A DNA stretch of 63,157 nucleotides, filler included. It is 6 parts of 6 records of this genome, joined end to end, with 100 filler letters (N's around TTAATTAATTAA, not from the genome) between each part and the next. Parts side by side here need not be neighbours in the genome. Positions count along the whole stretch, not along the records: positions 1 to 21,842 come from DRR378314_702; 5 more parts are not named here. One strand, written 5' to 3'. Position 1 is the stretch's first letter; each line of letters opens with the position of its first letter. Below the pieces are notes generated by a model. The model did no database searches. It was not told where the DNA came from and saw nothing but the letters and a program-made list of their open reading frames with translations. The position numbers and the translations under genes are program-made. Of the stretch, positions 1-12,362 are shown one piece after another.

Positions 1-605
1 GGCAAAGCTGCGTAGCGAGAACGAGTGCGCTGTGCGAATCCTTCACGCGAAGAAACGGCCCGCCAGTATCGTTGTAGAACCATTCTTGAAGAATACTATA
101 GACACTCGAAGTGCTTGTCCAGTTTGATATCCTGATGTAGCGGGTATCGTTTGTACCTGCTTTACTACTGATGTGCACGCAGCGGCGCTGGAAGTCGCGC
201 TGGGAGCCGCGTACTTGGTTGCCCTTGTCAGCGTTTTCCCAATCGTGAACATCTGCGACTTGCGCGACTGCCATCCGGGTGGCGCGGAGAGTATCGAAGG
301 CTTCTTACGGCGTTAGCTCCGTCTTGAGAGCTGCAACGCGCCATCTTGTGCATTTTTCAACAGCGCGCTACTCTAGCCGTGATTCTGAACAAAATATATG
401 TGCTTTGCCTATAATCGTATCGTGAGCGTTGTGGTTGGGGAAAGACGGGTGGGAGAGAGTGAGAGCGGGAGCGAGCGCGCGCGCCGCACGGTGGCGCTCG
501 CCGCGGCGATGCGGCGGCGTCCAACGTACGCGCCCGGCGCGGTGTTGTTCCCATCGAACGCTTGCACCCCACTTCATTGATACACATAAAGAATTCATAG
601 GTCAT

Positions 606-2686
606 TCACGGACCTCGTCGAAGCGCCCAGTGCTGTACAGCTGTGGGACACGACGTTGACACGCGCACGGCGTCTTCAATCGCGTCCGGCGAGACGGCGA
701 GCCGCAGATTCGAAGCGTGCAACTCTGCAGCTGTGGCGGTTCCCGTGCGGACGGCGCGCCTGCTCGCCACGAGGAGCACGAGACCGGCGTCCACCAGCGT
801 CTCGAGGGCCCGGATCGCAACCTGGCGCGGGTACCGCAGAAGCGCCGCGGGGTGATCATTGGCAAGGCGCTCATAGTCTCGCAAAATGTCTTCCATCTCA
901 TACTCGATCACCTGCGTGGGAAGCGCGCACGAACAGCGAAACCGCACCCGCGGCGCACAGAGAAAGCGCTCGCTTAGCAGCTCGAGTGCGGAGCGCACAG
1001 GCAACTATTCCCCCCGCTAGCCCGTAGCGTAGCAAGGCCGACGATTCGCTCATCAATTCTCTCTCGTGATATAAATATACTTCCCGCTGTTATACTAATA
1101 AAAATAATGCACATGTTTGGGGAATTTCTTCGAATGAAGCGTGGCGCACCTCGTCTTGCTCGCGGCGCATCATGGCCGAGAGGAGGATCAGCTGGAGTGT
1201 CGACAGACCCTCCAGCGACAATTCGTAACCAGCGGGTATCACCGATTCAACGCCCTTTGCAATATGTGCACCATCGATATACTTTTCCTCCCGCTGCGCG
1301 AGAATGACACCGCGAATTAAGGCGCGCATAAGCGCACGCACGCTGCGGTTCGCGTCGAACAGGCGCGCAAGCGCCGCGCTGCCTTCGGCGCTTTCTACCG
1401 CGCGCTCCGCGGCTTGATTCCACGCTGCGTCTCCGACTGCGAGGCGGCCGCGCGCAATCGCCAAATACCGCTCGAGATCGAGATCATCGGAAGTCGCGCG
1501 TGATGTCTCGGTGCGGAACTGCATATCGGCTTCCGCGCTCGCCTGGCGCCCGTAGAAGAGGATCTGTCTTCGCGAAAGTCGCGATTGGACACGCTTCTCG
1601 AGTCGGTCGACGACGTCCAGGCACGCCGTCGTACCGAGGAGGCACACAGAGGCAGACTCCGTGTGGCTTAGGTCCAGCAGGAAATACAAAAGCGACTGAC
1701 GCGTGGTGATAAATAGATCAAAGTCATCAAGGACAACAACGACGGCCATCCGCGCCGAAGAGAAGAACTGTACGAACGGTGCGGATCGGCACAAACGGGA
1801 TACAACAGTGTCAGCGAGGCGGAACGGTCCGGTTATCTCGACGCTGCCAGCTGGCATGCACTATCTTTCACGCGCAGTGTCGAGTATCGGCGCGGAAAGA
1901 GAAGCCTCCACGTTCAGAAGCGCACCTTTTTCAACGCATCAATGATGAATGAAGAATTCGATTGTAAATCAAGTGTCGCATCGCGTTGTTGATTGGAACG
2001 AACTGGAGCGGTCTTGGCAAATCCGCCGCTGTGCAGCTGGAGGGAGAGCTCTCGCGCCGCGATTTCGTCGGTGCGCTACACACACAGGCACAACACCGAA
2101 CACACAAAGCGGCCACAGCTGTGACACGTCAGGCGTCTGCATCGGCCTTTTGCTGGTATAATAACAAAATACTCGATGTTATGGCTACTCCTTTGAAGTC
2201 ATGGGTAGCATTGCGAGGACAGGCTACGGAAGCGACCTCTGCGGATATTCTCGCGAGGCGCGCCGGACAGAGCGGCGACGGCAGCGAAAACGCACGTGCA
2301 CAAGGCCCGACAGCTGCACTACGATGAACTCGCGTGACTCTCGCCGTAGGTCGCGCAGCACGCGATGTATCACTAAGGTCTTGCCAGATCCTCTTGGTCC
2401 AATAAGCAGCGCCGAATGCGATCGGCCAGTTGTCACAGTCTCTTCGACCAGCTCGCGCAGCTGCCTGCAACGTGCAGCACAGCAGGAGCGAAGCGAGGAC
2501 ACGTGAGCGAAAGGGCTGCGAGCAAGCAAAAGAGAGTGAGGGAGAAAGGACTAGCCAAAGAACAGTGTTTGCTACGTCGCACCCACGAGCGTGGCTATAC
2601 CTGTGCTGATCATCAAGACCGACGATCGTGTCGGGATCGCTGCGCTCGTCCAGTGACCGCAGCACGCGCGCTGCTACCGCGCTCAT
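606..2686 (-). CDS. ORC4: Origin recognition complex subunit 4 (AAA+ with winged helix), multi-exon eukaryotic gene
   Basis: Exons give Walker A 'SALLIGPRGSGKT', then 'RTDEIAARELSLQL...FIIDALKK', Walker B region 'VVLDDFDLF...QSLLYFLLD', 'LDVVDRLEKRVQSRLSRRQI' (Arg-finger) and C-terminal 'CPTAVQHWA'. All resemble ORC4. GT-AG introns; ATG at 2686; exon boundaries approximate. Confidence 0.93.
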
Positions 2687-2791
2687 TGCGTCCCTCGCGC
2701 CTCGACGCTTGCAGCGAAGGCGCGAGCGCAAGCGCACGTCTGAGGATGGAAGGCATGAGGGAGGGCTAGTAGAAGTGGCTAGGGAAATAGG

Positions 2792-2800
2792 GGCGGGAAA
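2792..2800 (-). promoter_or_regulatory. Candidate E2F site (TTTCCCGCC) about 105 bp upstream of the ORC4 ATG
   Basis: GGCGGGAAA on + matches the TTTSSCGC consensus, upstream of a replication gene. The motif is short and also occurs elsewhere in the eukaryotic contigs. Confidence 0.3.
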
Positions 2801-3899
2801 TATGGTTGTCTCTCCGGGTGCTAGGGGTAGACATCTTATTCGCTGTGATGGTAGGAAGGGCGAAAAGCGCTGGATGCCGCAGAATTCTGCTGTGCGGACT
2901 CGATATTGTCAATCGCTTCCTAATTCGACTGTATCATACATTTTTCTCTTGGGACGCCCATGTGCATGTCGAACAATATTCGATGAATATATTCGGTGAC
3001 GGTGCTCGAGAAGAGAGGAGAAGCTGAGGATCTTCGTTTCCTTGTAGACGCGAATCCTGGTAAAGGTAAAGCGCTCGCGTTTGCTCAGCTGCTCAGGTGT
3101 GTGAAAGCGCTGCGATTTTCAAATAGAGTCTCGACGGTCCTGTGCTTTGCTGCATCCCTTTTGAACACGAAGAAAACCAAAACACAGTGCCGTGCAAATT
3201 GAATAAAAGTTTTTTAACTGCTACGGGCCAAACTTTCAGCGAATCACGATCCGCACAATGTCAAGAACCAGGCGACTACGTTGGCCGTTTCTCCAGTGAT
3301 CGCTGGAATGACCTTTATCGCTTGCGTACTCCTCGGTATGTTACGAACGAGAGAAATGTTTGGGAAGATTTAAAGATCCGGAATCCAAATATTGAAAGAT
3401 AAAATGGAAGCAAAGTATAGAGATCGTTAAGCTCGAGTTTGTGATGTTTTGCCGCTCCGCAGACAGCGCGTGGCTGGACACCTCTACGCTCTTTTGCTCT
3501 GGAAACCCGGCACATCTCCAGCCTGCCTGCGATGCCGTGCGGTTGCAGCGAAAGAAGAAAACGCAAACAAAATGCAAGATAAAAAGCAGGCTGCTGTACC
3601 GGCCCGCGAGGTGATTGCTCTGTATAGCTTCTCAGATCAAGTGTGGGCGGCACCCAGCCGGCGCTCTGTGTGCCCTCGACACGCTCAGGCAACCAGCGCA
3701 CGGACACTTTTGTGTATTGACGGGGCAGCGGTTCTCGCGCTGGCACCGAGGTCTCAAACACTTGCTCTTCCCACCGTCTACGTCTCTGCTTCGCCACAAT
3801 AATAGGAGAAACAGCCTATTCACGCACACGTACATGCGGCCTTTAGTTTACAAAGAAGCGCTCTCTGTGTACCTGGGCACGCAAGCTCTCTCTACTGCA

Positions 3900-6610
3900 C
3901 TAAGCATCCGTTGTCATCGCCACGGGTACTGGAGCGGGAGCGCGCGCAGCGCGCGACCTCGTCACTCGTCGAGTCAAATCGCGGATCTTGTTTGCCTGGT
4001 GCGTCAGTGCTGGAAGATTATCGACGTCGCAGTCATCTTCATTGAACGCGACAGGGATGAGTGACGTGTCCGGAAGGAAGGTCTGCAGGATGTCGCGCTG
4101 CGCCTCGACGAGCGAAACAAGCTCCTTGACGGTACCCGAGCGTGCCTTGAGCAGGAGGTCGAGCTCCATGTTCGAAATCTCGAGGGCCTGAGTCTGAATA
4201 AGCTGCTCGATCATATCCTTGCGATCCTACAGTGCCATTACCCCAATTTTTTTTTGAATAGCCACGATGCACGAGGAACAGCGATAAAATTTCAGACCTC
4301 CAATTGTGAGGCGCGTAAAGCGGAAACTAAAAGGCAAGACAGCCCCACACACGAGCGTCTCGAAGCCTTCGATGCGGGCCGGCCCATCACAGCTACGTAC
4401 CTGCTTCTGGATCGACTTGATTTCTTCGCGCAGCTTTGCGTTCGCGACTTCAAGCTCGCGCAACCGCGTCTGAAGCTCGTCGCACTGCGTGGAATTTTCA
4501 TCGATGTTGCGACGCAGCACGGTGAGCTCCTCCTCGGCCACGTTGCGCTGCTCCTGAGCTGCGAGTTCGCGCTGATTCTCCGCGTTTGTCTCCTCGATTT
4601 CCATAATACTCCGCTTGATTTGAATTCGCTCATCAAAGTTGTCGCGAAGACGCTTCTTGAGATCGTTGGTGCGCTGGAGATCTGTTTGTACCGCGGTGCT
4701 ACTGCGCTTCTTGAATCCGCGCGGAAGTGTGACGCGCTTGCGCTTCGTCGACGTTGGCGAGTCGCGCGTATCGTTTTTCATGTCGGCAATCTCACGCCGC
4801 ATTTCGCGAATCATCCGCTGGTACCTTTTGCAGATAGAATGCAACAAACATATACGTGAAAACCGACAGCGAACGATTAGTAGCGGCGCGTTGCGTCCCG
4901 CGAGTTACGAACCGCCTACTCGGTATCGCTGCGACAATGGTTTACAGAATTTACGCCACTGGCTAGCCAAACTCCCTGCAACGTGCGTACCTCTGCTGCT
5001 TCCCGACATCTTTGCGGTTGGATTTCGCCCGCACGGTAATGTTCTTGGCTCGCGATGCGTACTTGAGTGTGTTGAGAGTCTCCTCGTGCGCAGCGCCGTT
5101 GGGTGAAACGGTACAAATCATGACCGTCTTGCAAAGACCACTCAATGAATCCTTCAGGAGGCGCGTCAGCTTCGAGCCGCGATACGGGACGTACGAGCCT
5201 TTCTTCGACGCGTCGCCGAGCGCATTGATGCAGTTTGCGAGCGCAAGAAGCGACCGGTTGATGTTGCACCCTTCACGGAGTCTCGTGCCGCGGTTGTCGG
5301 TGCGGGACGCGCGCTCGGAGCCCGCGAGGTCAATAAAAGACACCTTGGCGGAAGTGATGGTCGACTCTTCGCCGCTCTTGTCGCGACGTTCGAGCGCGAA
5401 TTGAATAACCGCATGCGAACGCGACGATTGGTCATTGCAGTCCGTTGCCGCCGTCGTGCGGCGCTCCATGCCATCGCGCACAGCCGCAATCGCGTCTTCG
5501 TACGTGGCAACCTCGACTTCTGTGACGTTGGCAACCACGACGCCGCGCACGGGGTCTTCGCGAAGGTCCAGGTTCTCCGAGTTCTCCGGCGAGAGACAGT
5601 CCCGCAGGGTCTCGTTGTACACTTCGACAAACCACATCATGACCTACGCAGCGTACGCACACAGACACGACATGGCAGAGGTACAGAGGGTGAGGTGCAG
5701 TCGCGGCAGAGATGCAGCTCACATCGGGGCAGAGTCGTGGCAACAACGCTGTTGTCGTTGTCAGCGGCGAAAATAATAATAATAAAAAACAACAGAAATG
5801 ACGGCTTCCCTGAAACACGCGCAGGAGACAAACGAGACTCAGCTTCAGGTTTCTGGAGTCGAAAATGTGCAGAGGTAGGTGCGAGAGCACGTACCTTGGT
5901 CTCACTGTCCGTAGGGAAATTGCTGTACAGCTCTCGGATCGAAAGCCCAAGTATCCCAGTCTCGGGTGTATCGCCAAACATCGTGTACGTTTTGCCAGAC
6001 CCCGTAGCGCCGTAGCAGAATACAGTCAGTGAATAGCCATCAATGACGCTCGGAATAAGTTCGTGGACTGTGTCGCGGTAGACATCCTCTTGTGACGCCG
6101 CTCCGTCGTACGCGAAATCGAAGTGGAACTCCTTGTCGCGGCTGCGCTCGAGGCGGAGGTAGTCGTTGAAGCGCTTCCCCGGCTCGCAGCAAAGTACTTG
6201 CGTTCCGTCAGAGATCTCGACAAGCGGTTCCTCGCCCGCATCGATTTCGGTTTGCAGCAATGGGCGACACCGCACAGCCACCTGCAGCAGCACGAGCGCA
6301 GGCGGGAGGGACCGCAAGATGGTAATGGGAGGAGTGAGCTCGGACGCGCGGGAGGGTAAGGCAGCTGGCTCCGCAGCGACAACAGTCGCCCTGGGCGCCT
6401 CTTCCAAGGCAGCTTACCTTGACATGGTCGTTGTTGGGGTCTTTGTTGAAGGAGCGCGCTGTGTTGACTTTTTGGCCAAGCTGGGGAAGTATGCGCCGTT
6501 TCGCCGGGCCGCGCTTCCGCGCTCCGGCTGCGCCCGCCGGCGCCGCGCCGATGCTGAACGCGCCAACGCTGTTCGTAGTGTCCGCGAGCGGAGCTACCGC
6601 TGCTGCTGCA
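3900..6610 (-). CDS. KIF19: Kinesin-8 family motor, KIF19-like, multi-exon; 5' end not resolved
   Basis: 'VAVRCRP', kinesin-8 loop 'DYLRLERSRDKEFHFDFAY', P-loop 'YGATGSGKTYTM', 'SSRSHA', 'FIDLAGSERASRTDNRGTRLREGCNINRSLLALANCINAL', 'EETLNTLKYASRAKNI', then a coiled-coil tail including 'LEISNMEL'. Stop TAG at 3900. Confidence 0.88.
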
Positions 6611-6947
6611 CTCACAGCGAGCGTGATCGGGGCACAAAACGCAGCAGGGCAATGTGTCACGAAACCGCGTATCCATGCACCACGGGGCTGTGCGTCGTGC
6701 GGCCTCGCTGGTTGCAGAGAGCGGATCGAGCTGGTATGCTGGGGAAACAGCGCCGAAGAGCAATTTCGCAGCGCGCGAGGACCGATCCTGCTTCCCCGGC
6801 CGGCTATGCAGCCGCGTGTACACCCGCGTGTGCACCAGTGCGAATCAATTTTCCCGGTACACGCTGAGAAAAAAAAATTGGCTTGAAGAAGCGGACTGCA
6901 TCTCGCTATCCTATGCGGCGGAGATGTGATTTGAGTAGGCCTTTTAG

Positions 6948-7302
6948 CTACACGAGGTAGACGGAACGGGGTGCTGCTCCGTTCAGGTACGCAGGAGCAA
7001 GGTGATTCGTACCGACAGGGTTCCTGCGCATGTTCGACTTGGCGTTTGTAACTTCGCGAATGTCCACATCCGCTGCGGACGGAGCAGCCTCATCGGATGT
7101 CCTCCGGCGCTTACGAGCAGTGCATGCGAGTGGCATGGTATCGATCCGCAACAGGGGTTGAGCGTTGCTGGAAGGGGAGCAGGAAGCGCGTCGCGTAGCA
7201 TAAGCCCGAGGCGTCAGGAAACCAGCGCGCTCGCAACGCGCCAAGACCGTTGGAACCAGCTGTAGAGCTTTTCGCACTGTGCGCTCTGCGCGGGGTTGCA
7301 CC
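6948..7302 (-). CDS. Possible last exon of a hypothetical protein
   Basis: Open frame after a polypyrimidine/AG acceptor, with the basic stretch 'RKRRR'. No recognisable domain and upstream exons unresolved. Confidence 0.2.
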
Positions 7303-9244
7303 TGCTCGTCCCCCACGAAGCAGACGAGAAAAAAAAAAAGAAAGAAGACCGCTTCTCACTACCTAGTACTCCACCGAAACGCATCACTGAGAACGATGCG
7401 AAAAAATGATTTCATCAGGGCGGATCCGTGGAATGCATTTTTGTCAAGGGAAATAGAACGGAACGGAGCATCGTCACGCGCAACTCTGAAGTGCGAGCTC
7501 GCCAACAAGCTCTTTGCTTCCCCGGTCTTTCACACTGCCAAACCACGCGCTCGTGCCGAGTTATGCAAGCCCCGACCACCTACTTTTAGCACCGGCATAC
7601 TCTCCTTTTCCGCACATCATCAATGCACCGCGGAACGTCCTTATTGTGAGGAGACAGGGATCATTGCTGCGCTATTTGGAATGCGCCGCAGCCTCCGCGT
7701 GGGCGGCACTGTGGTGGCTCGGCCAGAACGCCGGCGCTGGCGCTGTGGCCACGCGCGAGCAGCTTGACAGCCCACACGCTGCCGCGAGGCGCGACGGCGC
7801 CCCCTTGTAGCATCCGCTTCGCCATGATGTAAGGCAGAACGACGGATAAACCACTCACTGTATCAACTATTCCTTATAGGAATCTGGGACGTCGCACTGT
7901 CGTGAGCGGAGCAGGGCGAATGCGCCGCTCGCACGGCGCGGGAAGGCTACGGCGGCGGCGGGAGCGCGACGGCGCGTGAACGTTGACAGGGAAGGGCGTT
8001 CCCGCCATCCCCGGCCGCCAACGAGCGGCGCGACTGTGCGCGCCCGCAGCACAAGTCTTATGATCTCTACACAGCGTTTTTGGCACACGTACAATGTCGC
8101 AAATGATACAAACTACATATGATATATGATGCCTATTGTTGCGAAGACGTCGGGAATCTGTGGCGCAGACGGGGCTTCCGAGCGCCTCGAGCACGCGCCG
8201 CCACGCAACCAGCGGACATCGCTGCGGGCGAGGCGTCTTGGCAGTAGCGTGCTCGCTCCGATCTTCGGACGAAACACACCAAAAAGCAACTGCGGAGATC
8301 GGCGAATGAGCGAAACGGGATAATTAAGTTGATGAGAAGTAATGCTTGCCGTCGCACGGAGTACAAGGCTGAGCAAGGAGCTGGAGGTGCGCAAGAGTAG
8401 GAGAGACAGCGGCACGTTGGCGTGTTCAAACGGACACGGGGTGACCCGGCTCGTGAAAAACCGGCCGTTGGCGCCGCAACGGAGTCGGCAGGGCGCAGCG
8501 GCGCTGATAGGCTATCGTCTCTTACAAGAGTTCACAGTTAATAAATCCTTGCATGAATACTGGAATTTACAAGTTGATATCGTATCGCTTCTTCGCTTCT
8601 GCGATTTCCCCGAATGCGCTTCATTATGCGCTATCCAAACGATTATCGAAGCAATGTACCTATATTCAAGACACCAAGTTCGGCTTAATGGCTCTTTGGC
8701 TGCGGTAAAGGTACCATAATGTTTTTTTTTTCGCAGTTTATGTACTCATCGTGAAGTGGATAGGCTTCGGGCGACGAGAAGCAGTCGTGGTTCACAAAGT
8801 AGGGTGACCAAAAAAGCGCTCGTGGAAAGTGTCAGCAGAGGCTATCGGAGCAAGCACGGCGGCTGTTGAAACCTCAAGATCTCGGGGAGTTGTGCCATCG
8901 GCATTCTTCATGCATGTCTTCAAGATCATTGTGCAGCATAGTTATGCATGGAAAAGGAAATATCCATCAAAGTGCCGCGCTACAACTGGCACAAGGAACT
9001 CTGGCCGAGCTGCAGAAGCGCGGAGAAGAACGGAATTGGCGCCATTGAAGGAGGTTTGGGTACTAGGTTGATACTTTGATGTAAGCAGTGGTGGGCGTGC
9101 AGGCGCGTGCCAGCGCACCTCGACGTACATGCAAGGTCACCGCTGCAGTGTCTTCGTTGCCGCCTGCGCAACCTCCCGACGCGAATTTGGAAGCGCCCGC
9201 TTTGCTCCGCACAGGTTTCCATCGCTTTGAAGCATAGCATCGGA

Positions 9245-11736
9245 ATGTACCGTGCGCTCCGCAGTGTGGTGCATCCGCTGCGCGCGCGTGCCGCTCGTCG
9301 CGCGTTTTACGCGCGTGCGGACGGGGAGCGCGATAGTCCGCGCGAAGACTTTCTGCGCTCGGAACTGAACCTACTGCTGCATCCTTTCTTCCTCGGGCCC
9401 CCAGTCGAGGCGAGGAAGACAGAGATTCGAGCAGGCGTAGGTCCGATCCGAGCCCTTTCGATTTTATGGAATGTGGGTGCCATGCGCATGCTGGATCCTT
9501 CGTTCTCGCCGAACGATGTGACTGCGGGAGTCGACTTCGTCGCGAGCACGATGGAGGACGCGCTCGCAGCCAACGCGTCGCGTTCGGAGTTCGAGGAGTT
9601 TGCCACGCCACCTGCTGCTGCGTGGCTGCATTTAATCTCTCAAATCCGACACGACCACTGCGTGCAGGTGCAGCACTGGGATAAATTTGTCGATCGCGCT
9701 TTCGTGTCTCGTGCGCGGTTCACATTTCCCACATCGTGCCGGTACGTTGCATACATTCACCGCTCGCGAGTGTCGTGTACACGTTTGGCGAACGCGCATG
9801 CGCTCGCCAAAGTCTGCTGTTTCCTGACTCTCGCGTACTCACGCGCTTGCGCTCGAACTCACAACTCGCAGAAGCGAATTCCTTACACAGGAAGACTTTT
9901 ACACCACGCGAAAGATTCGTGCGCTCGAGGTGTGTCCTGCTGGCCTCTCGGCTAGACGTGGAGCGTCGCGCTCTTGCTGGTTTGCACGTTGCGCCAGCAG
10001 GCGTTCTTGCGCAGGCCGGGGATTTTGGCACTTCCATTAGTTGCCTTGTCAAAGAATGTGCGCTCAAGCCACCTCAAACGCGCCTTGGTGCGTTACGATA
10101 CACATTGCTAAGGAGAAAAAATGCGCAGCGAGGATCAGGACACGTGCGCCAGCACTCGAAACTGATCGCCCGTGTTTCGCGTGTTCGGCGCACACCGCAA
10201 CTCGCGTTGTCTTGTGCACTGCAGACAGAGCGCCTTCACCAGACAATGCTCAGCGCCGAAGCCTCTTGGAACCCCGACACAAAAGACCACACAAAGGTGC
10301 GCCTTTTGCAAAAAGTATAGCTACATGAAGCGTACTGCGTTGCGTTTCAGAGGCTAACCTCGCGACTTCTTCCTTCGCAGTGCGTTTCGATCGAGATTGG
10401 CTGTACTCTTGCTGACAAGCTGGTTTTCTCGTTTTCCTTTCTTGCTTCATGGGTGCTTCGCAGAAATTTGAGACCGCGATTGAAAAGACATCTGCGCTGC
10501 TATCACAGTTTGATGACGAATATGCAAGTCGATTGCGGGAGGTATTGTGGGCGGACATTTGTGCCCCTGGTGTCGTGTCTGAGTCTGCCGTACGCACGAA
10601 TGGCGGAGCCGGTCAGGAGCGCGTGAGATTTCCCGAGGGGTTCCTTTGACCGAAGCAAGTGCAGCTGCGTATGCACTCTTTCTTGTAGAAAAAGAGAAAG
10701 ATTTGTTTGAGGTCTGGGCAGGTGTTGAGGGGCGCGCGGAAGGCCATGGGCGGCTCTGCACCGGTCGGTAGCGTGATTCGTGGCAATCCGCCTGCGTTGC
10801 TGCGCTGGCGGCGCTAAGGAACGCGTTCCTGCGATCCGTTCCCGCTCGCCTTTCGCCTCACAGATCAGCGCAGCAGTACAAGAGAAAAACGAAGAGCTCT
10901 TGCGCGCTCGGTCGTGGCAAAACGATTTGCGCTACCAAGTGGACGTGTACGCTGTACAGACGATCCCAGCTGGTGCGAAAGTGCGGTGCGTTGCGTTGTG
11001 CGCAACGGACCCTACGGAGCAAGCTATGTATCTGCGCTGTAGCAGACCCTGAGAAAAAAACTACGAAAGAATCTCTTGCATTGCAATGGAAGAGTGTACC
11101 AAAGTTGGGGACATTGCGTGTATAGGGCATTGGCAAAGGCTTGCTGCGTCAGCGGGAAACTGAAGTACTGCTCGATTCCGTGTTGCTGTACTGCAGGGTT
11201 GGTCGCTCGTTTGCGCGGGCGATGTATCCCGTGCGTGACGTTCCGGTGAGCGAAGACGAGACAGACGTCCAGCTGCTTGATCAGCTCCCGGGCAAGGATG
11301 CATGTGATAGAGAGGTGCATTATGATGAGGAGAAGTTTATGTTTTTGCGTGCCAACGGGTCGAATGAACTCGAGTTGCAGGAGGAGCTGCAGGTCCCCGT
11401 GTGCTTTACCATTGAAAGGTGCGCGGCGTTGTTGGGGAACAGCGTAGCGGGTCCGCAAGTGCTCGCCGCAGTCTGCGCTCCTTCGGACGGGCCATTCACC
11501 AGACTCGAAGTGAAGATCATGAATTTAGTTTCTGTATAACATACGATATGCTTGTTTGTTTTGTTTTTTTCGCGGAGCGCTCACTCTGAGCGAAATCGGT
11601 ACCCTTGCGATACAGGAACGTATGGGGAGAAGACACGGACTGGAAGCTCGCAATGTCGCCGAACCTAGTGCGGACGATTGGCGTGGACCCTGGTTTGAAG
11701 TTTGCCATCACTCGCAAGCAGGATCCGATCCAGTAA
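9245..11736 (+). CDS. Mitochondrial Tim44-like domain protein (MRPL45/Mba1/MAIP1-like), multi-exon
   Basis: Arg-rich, acid-free N-terminus 'MYRALRSVVHPLRARAARRAF' (presequence-like) and 'LDPSFSPNDVTAGVDFV'. Removing intron 11419-11615 yields 'CFTIERNVWGEDTDWKLA', which resembles the Tim44-domain C-terminus. TAA at 11734-11736. Confidence 0.6.
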
Positions 11737-12362
11737 TGGTATATTTTATTCATGCAGATTGCTTTTCGTATGTGAATGATATCAATATTCACAGATATGA
11801 AAAATGAATGTCCTTGTTGCTGCGCCTCGCTGCGGGCCGATTGCTCATGGAAGGAAACGGAAATTTTCTCTGTTGCAGACTCTGCGTGCGCGGAAAACGC
11901 AACTTATTCACGCCTGGACATGTGCTGAAGCGAACCCTCCCACGGCGGCACTTTTTTGTTGGAGTGATATTTGCGCTACTCGAGCTGCCGCTGAAGTCCG
12001 CACTGGCAGCACCCAACAGTTCGCGCAGGAGCTGCCTCCGCATGTAAGGCGGCGGTACGGGTTCGGCGCTGAACGATGCTTTTATTCCGCTCTGCATCGC
12101 TTTTGCTCGGCAACGAGGTTTCGATTATTCTACATTAACGTTGCTCTCTTTCTTGCTCGAAACCGAGTACATTCGAAAAAATTGCAGTGCGCGAGAGCTG
12201 CATTTTTGCCCGTGCCTTGCTCAAATGAACTGCGCGTGCTCCACAGGGCTCCGTCAGAAATCGTTTGCGACTGAAGTCGCCAATGCGTCTGGATACGTTA
12301 GGGAGTCACCGACAATGCATTTGCACGCAACTTCAAACGCAACACGTAGTCTTGTATACTCG

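Noticed and set aside
3315..3797. ORF with faint BCL7-like pattern (RRWEEQV...VRWLP)
   Set aside because: No in-frame ATG, starts about 100 bp after the kinesin stop, and the similarity is only a few residues.
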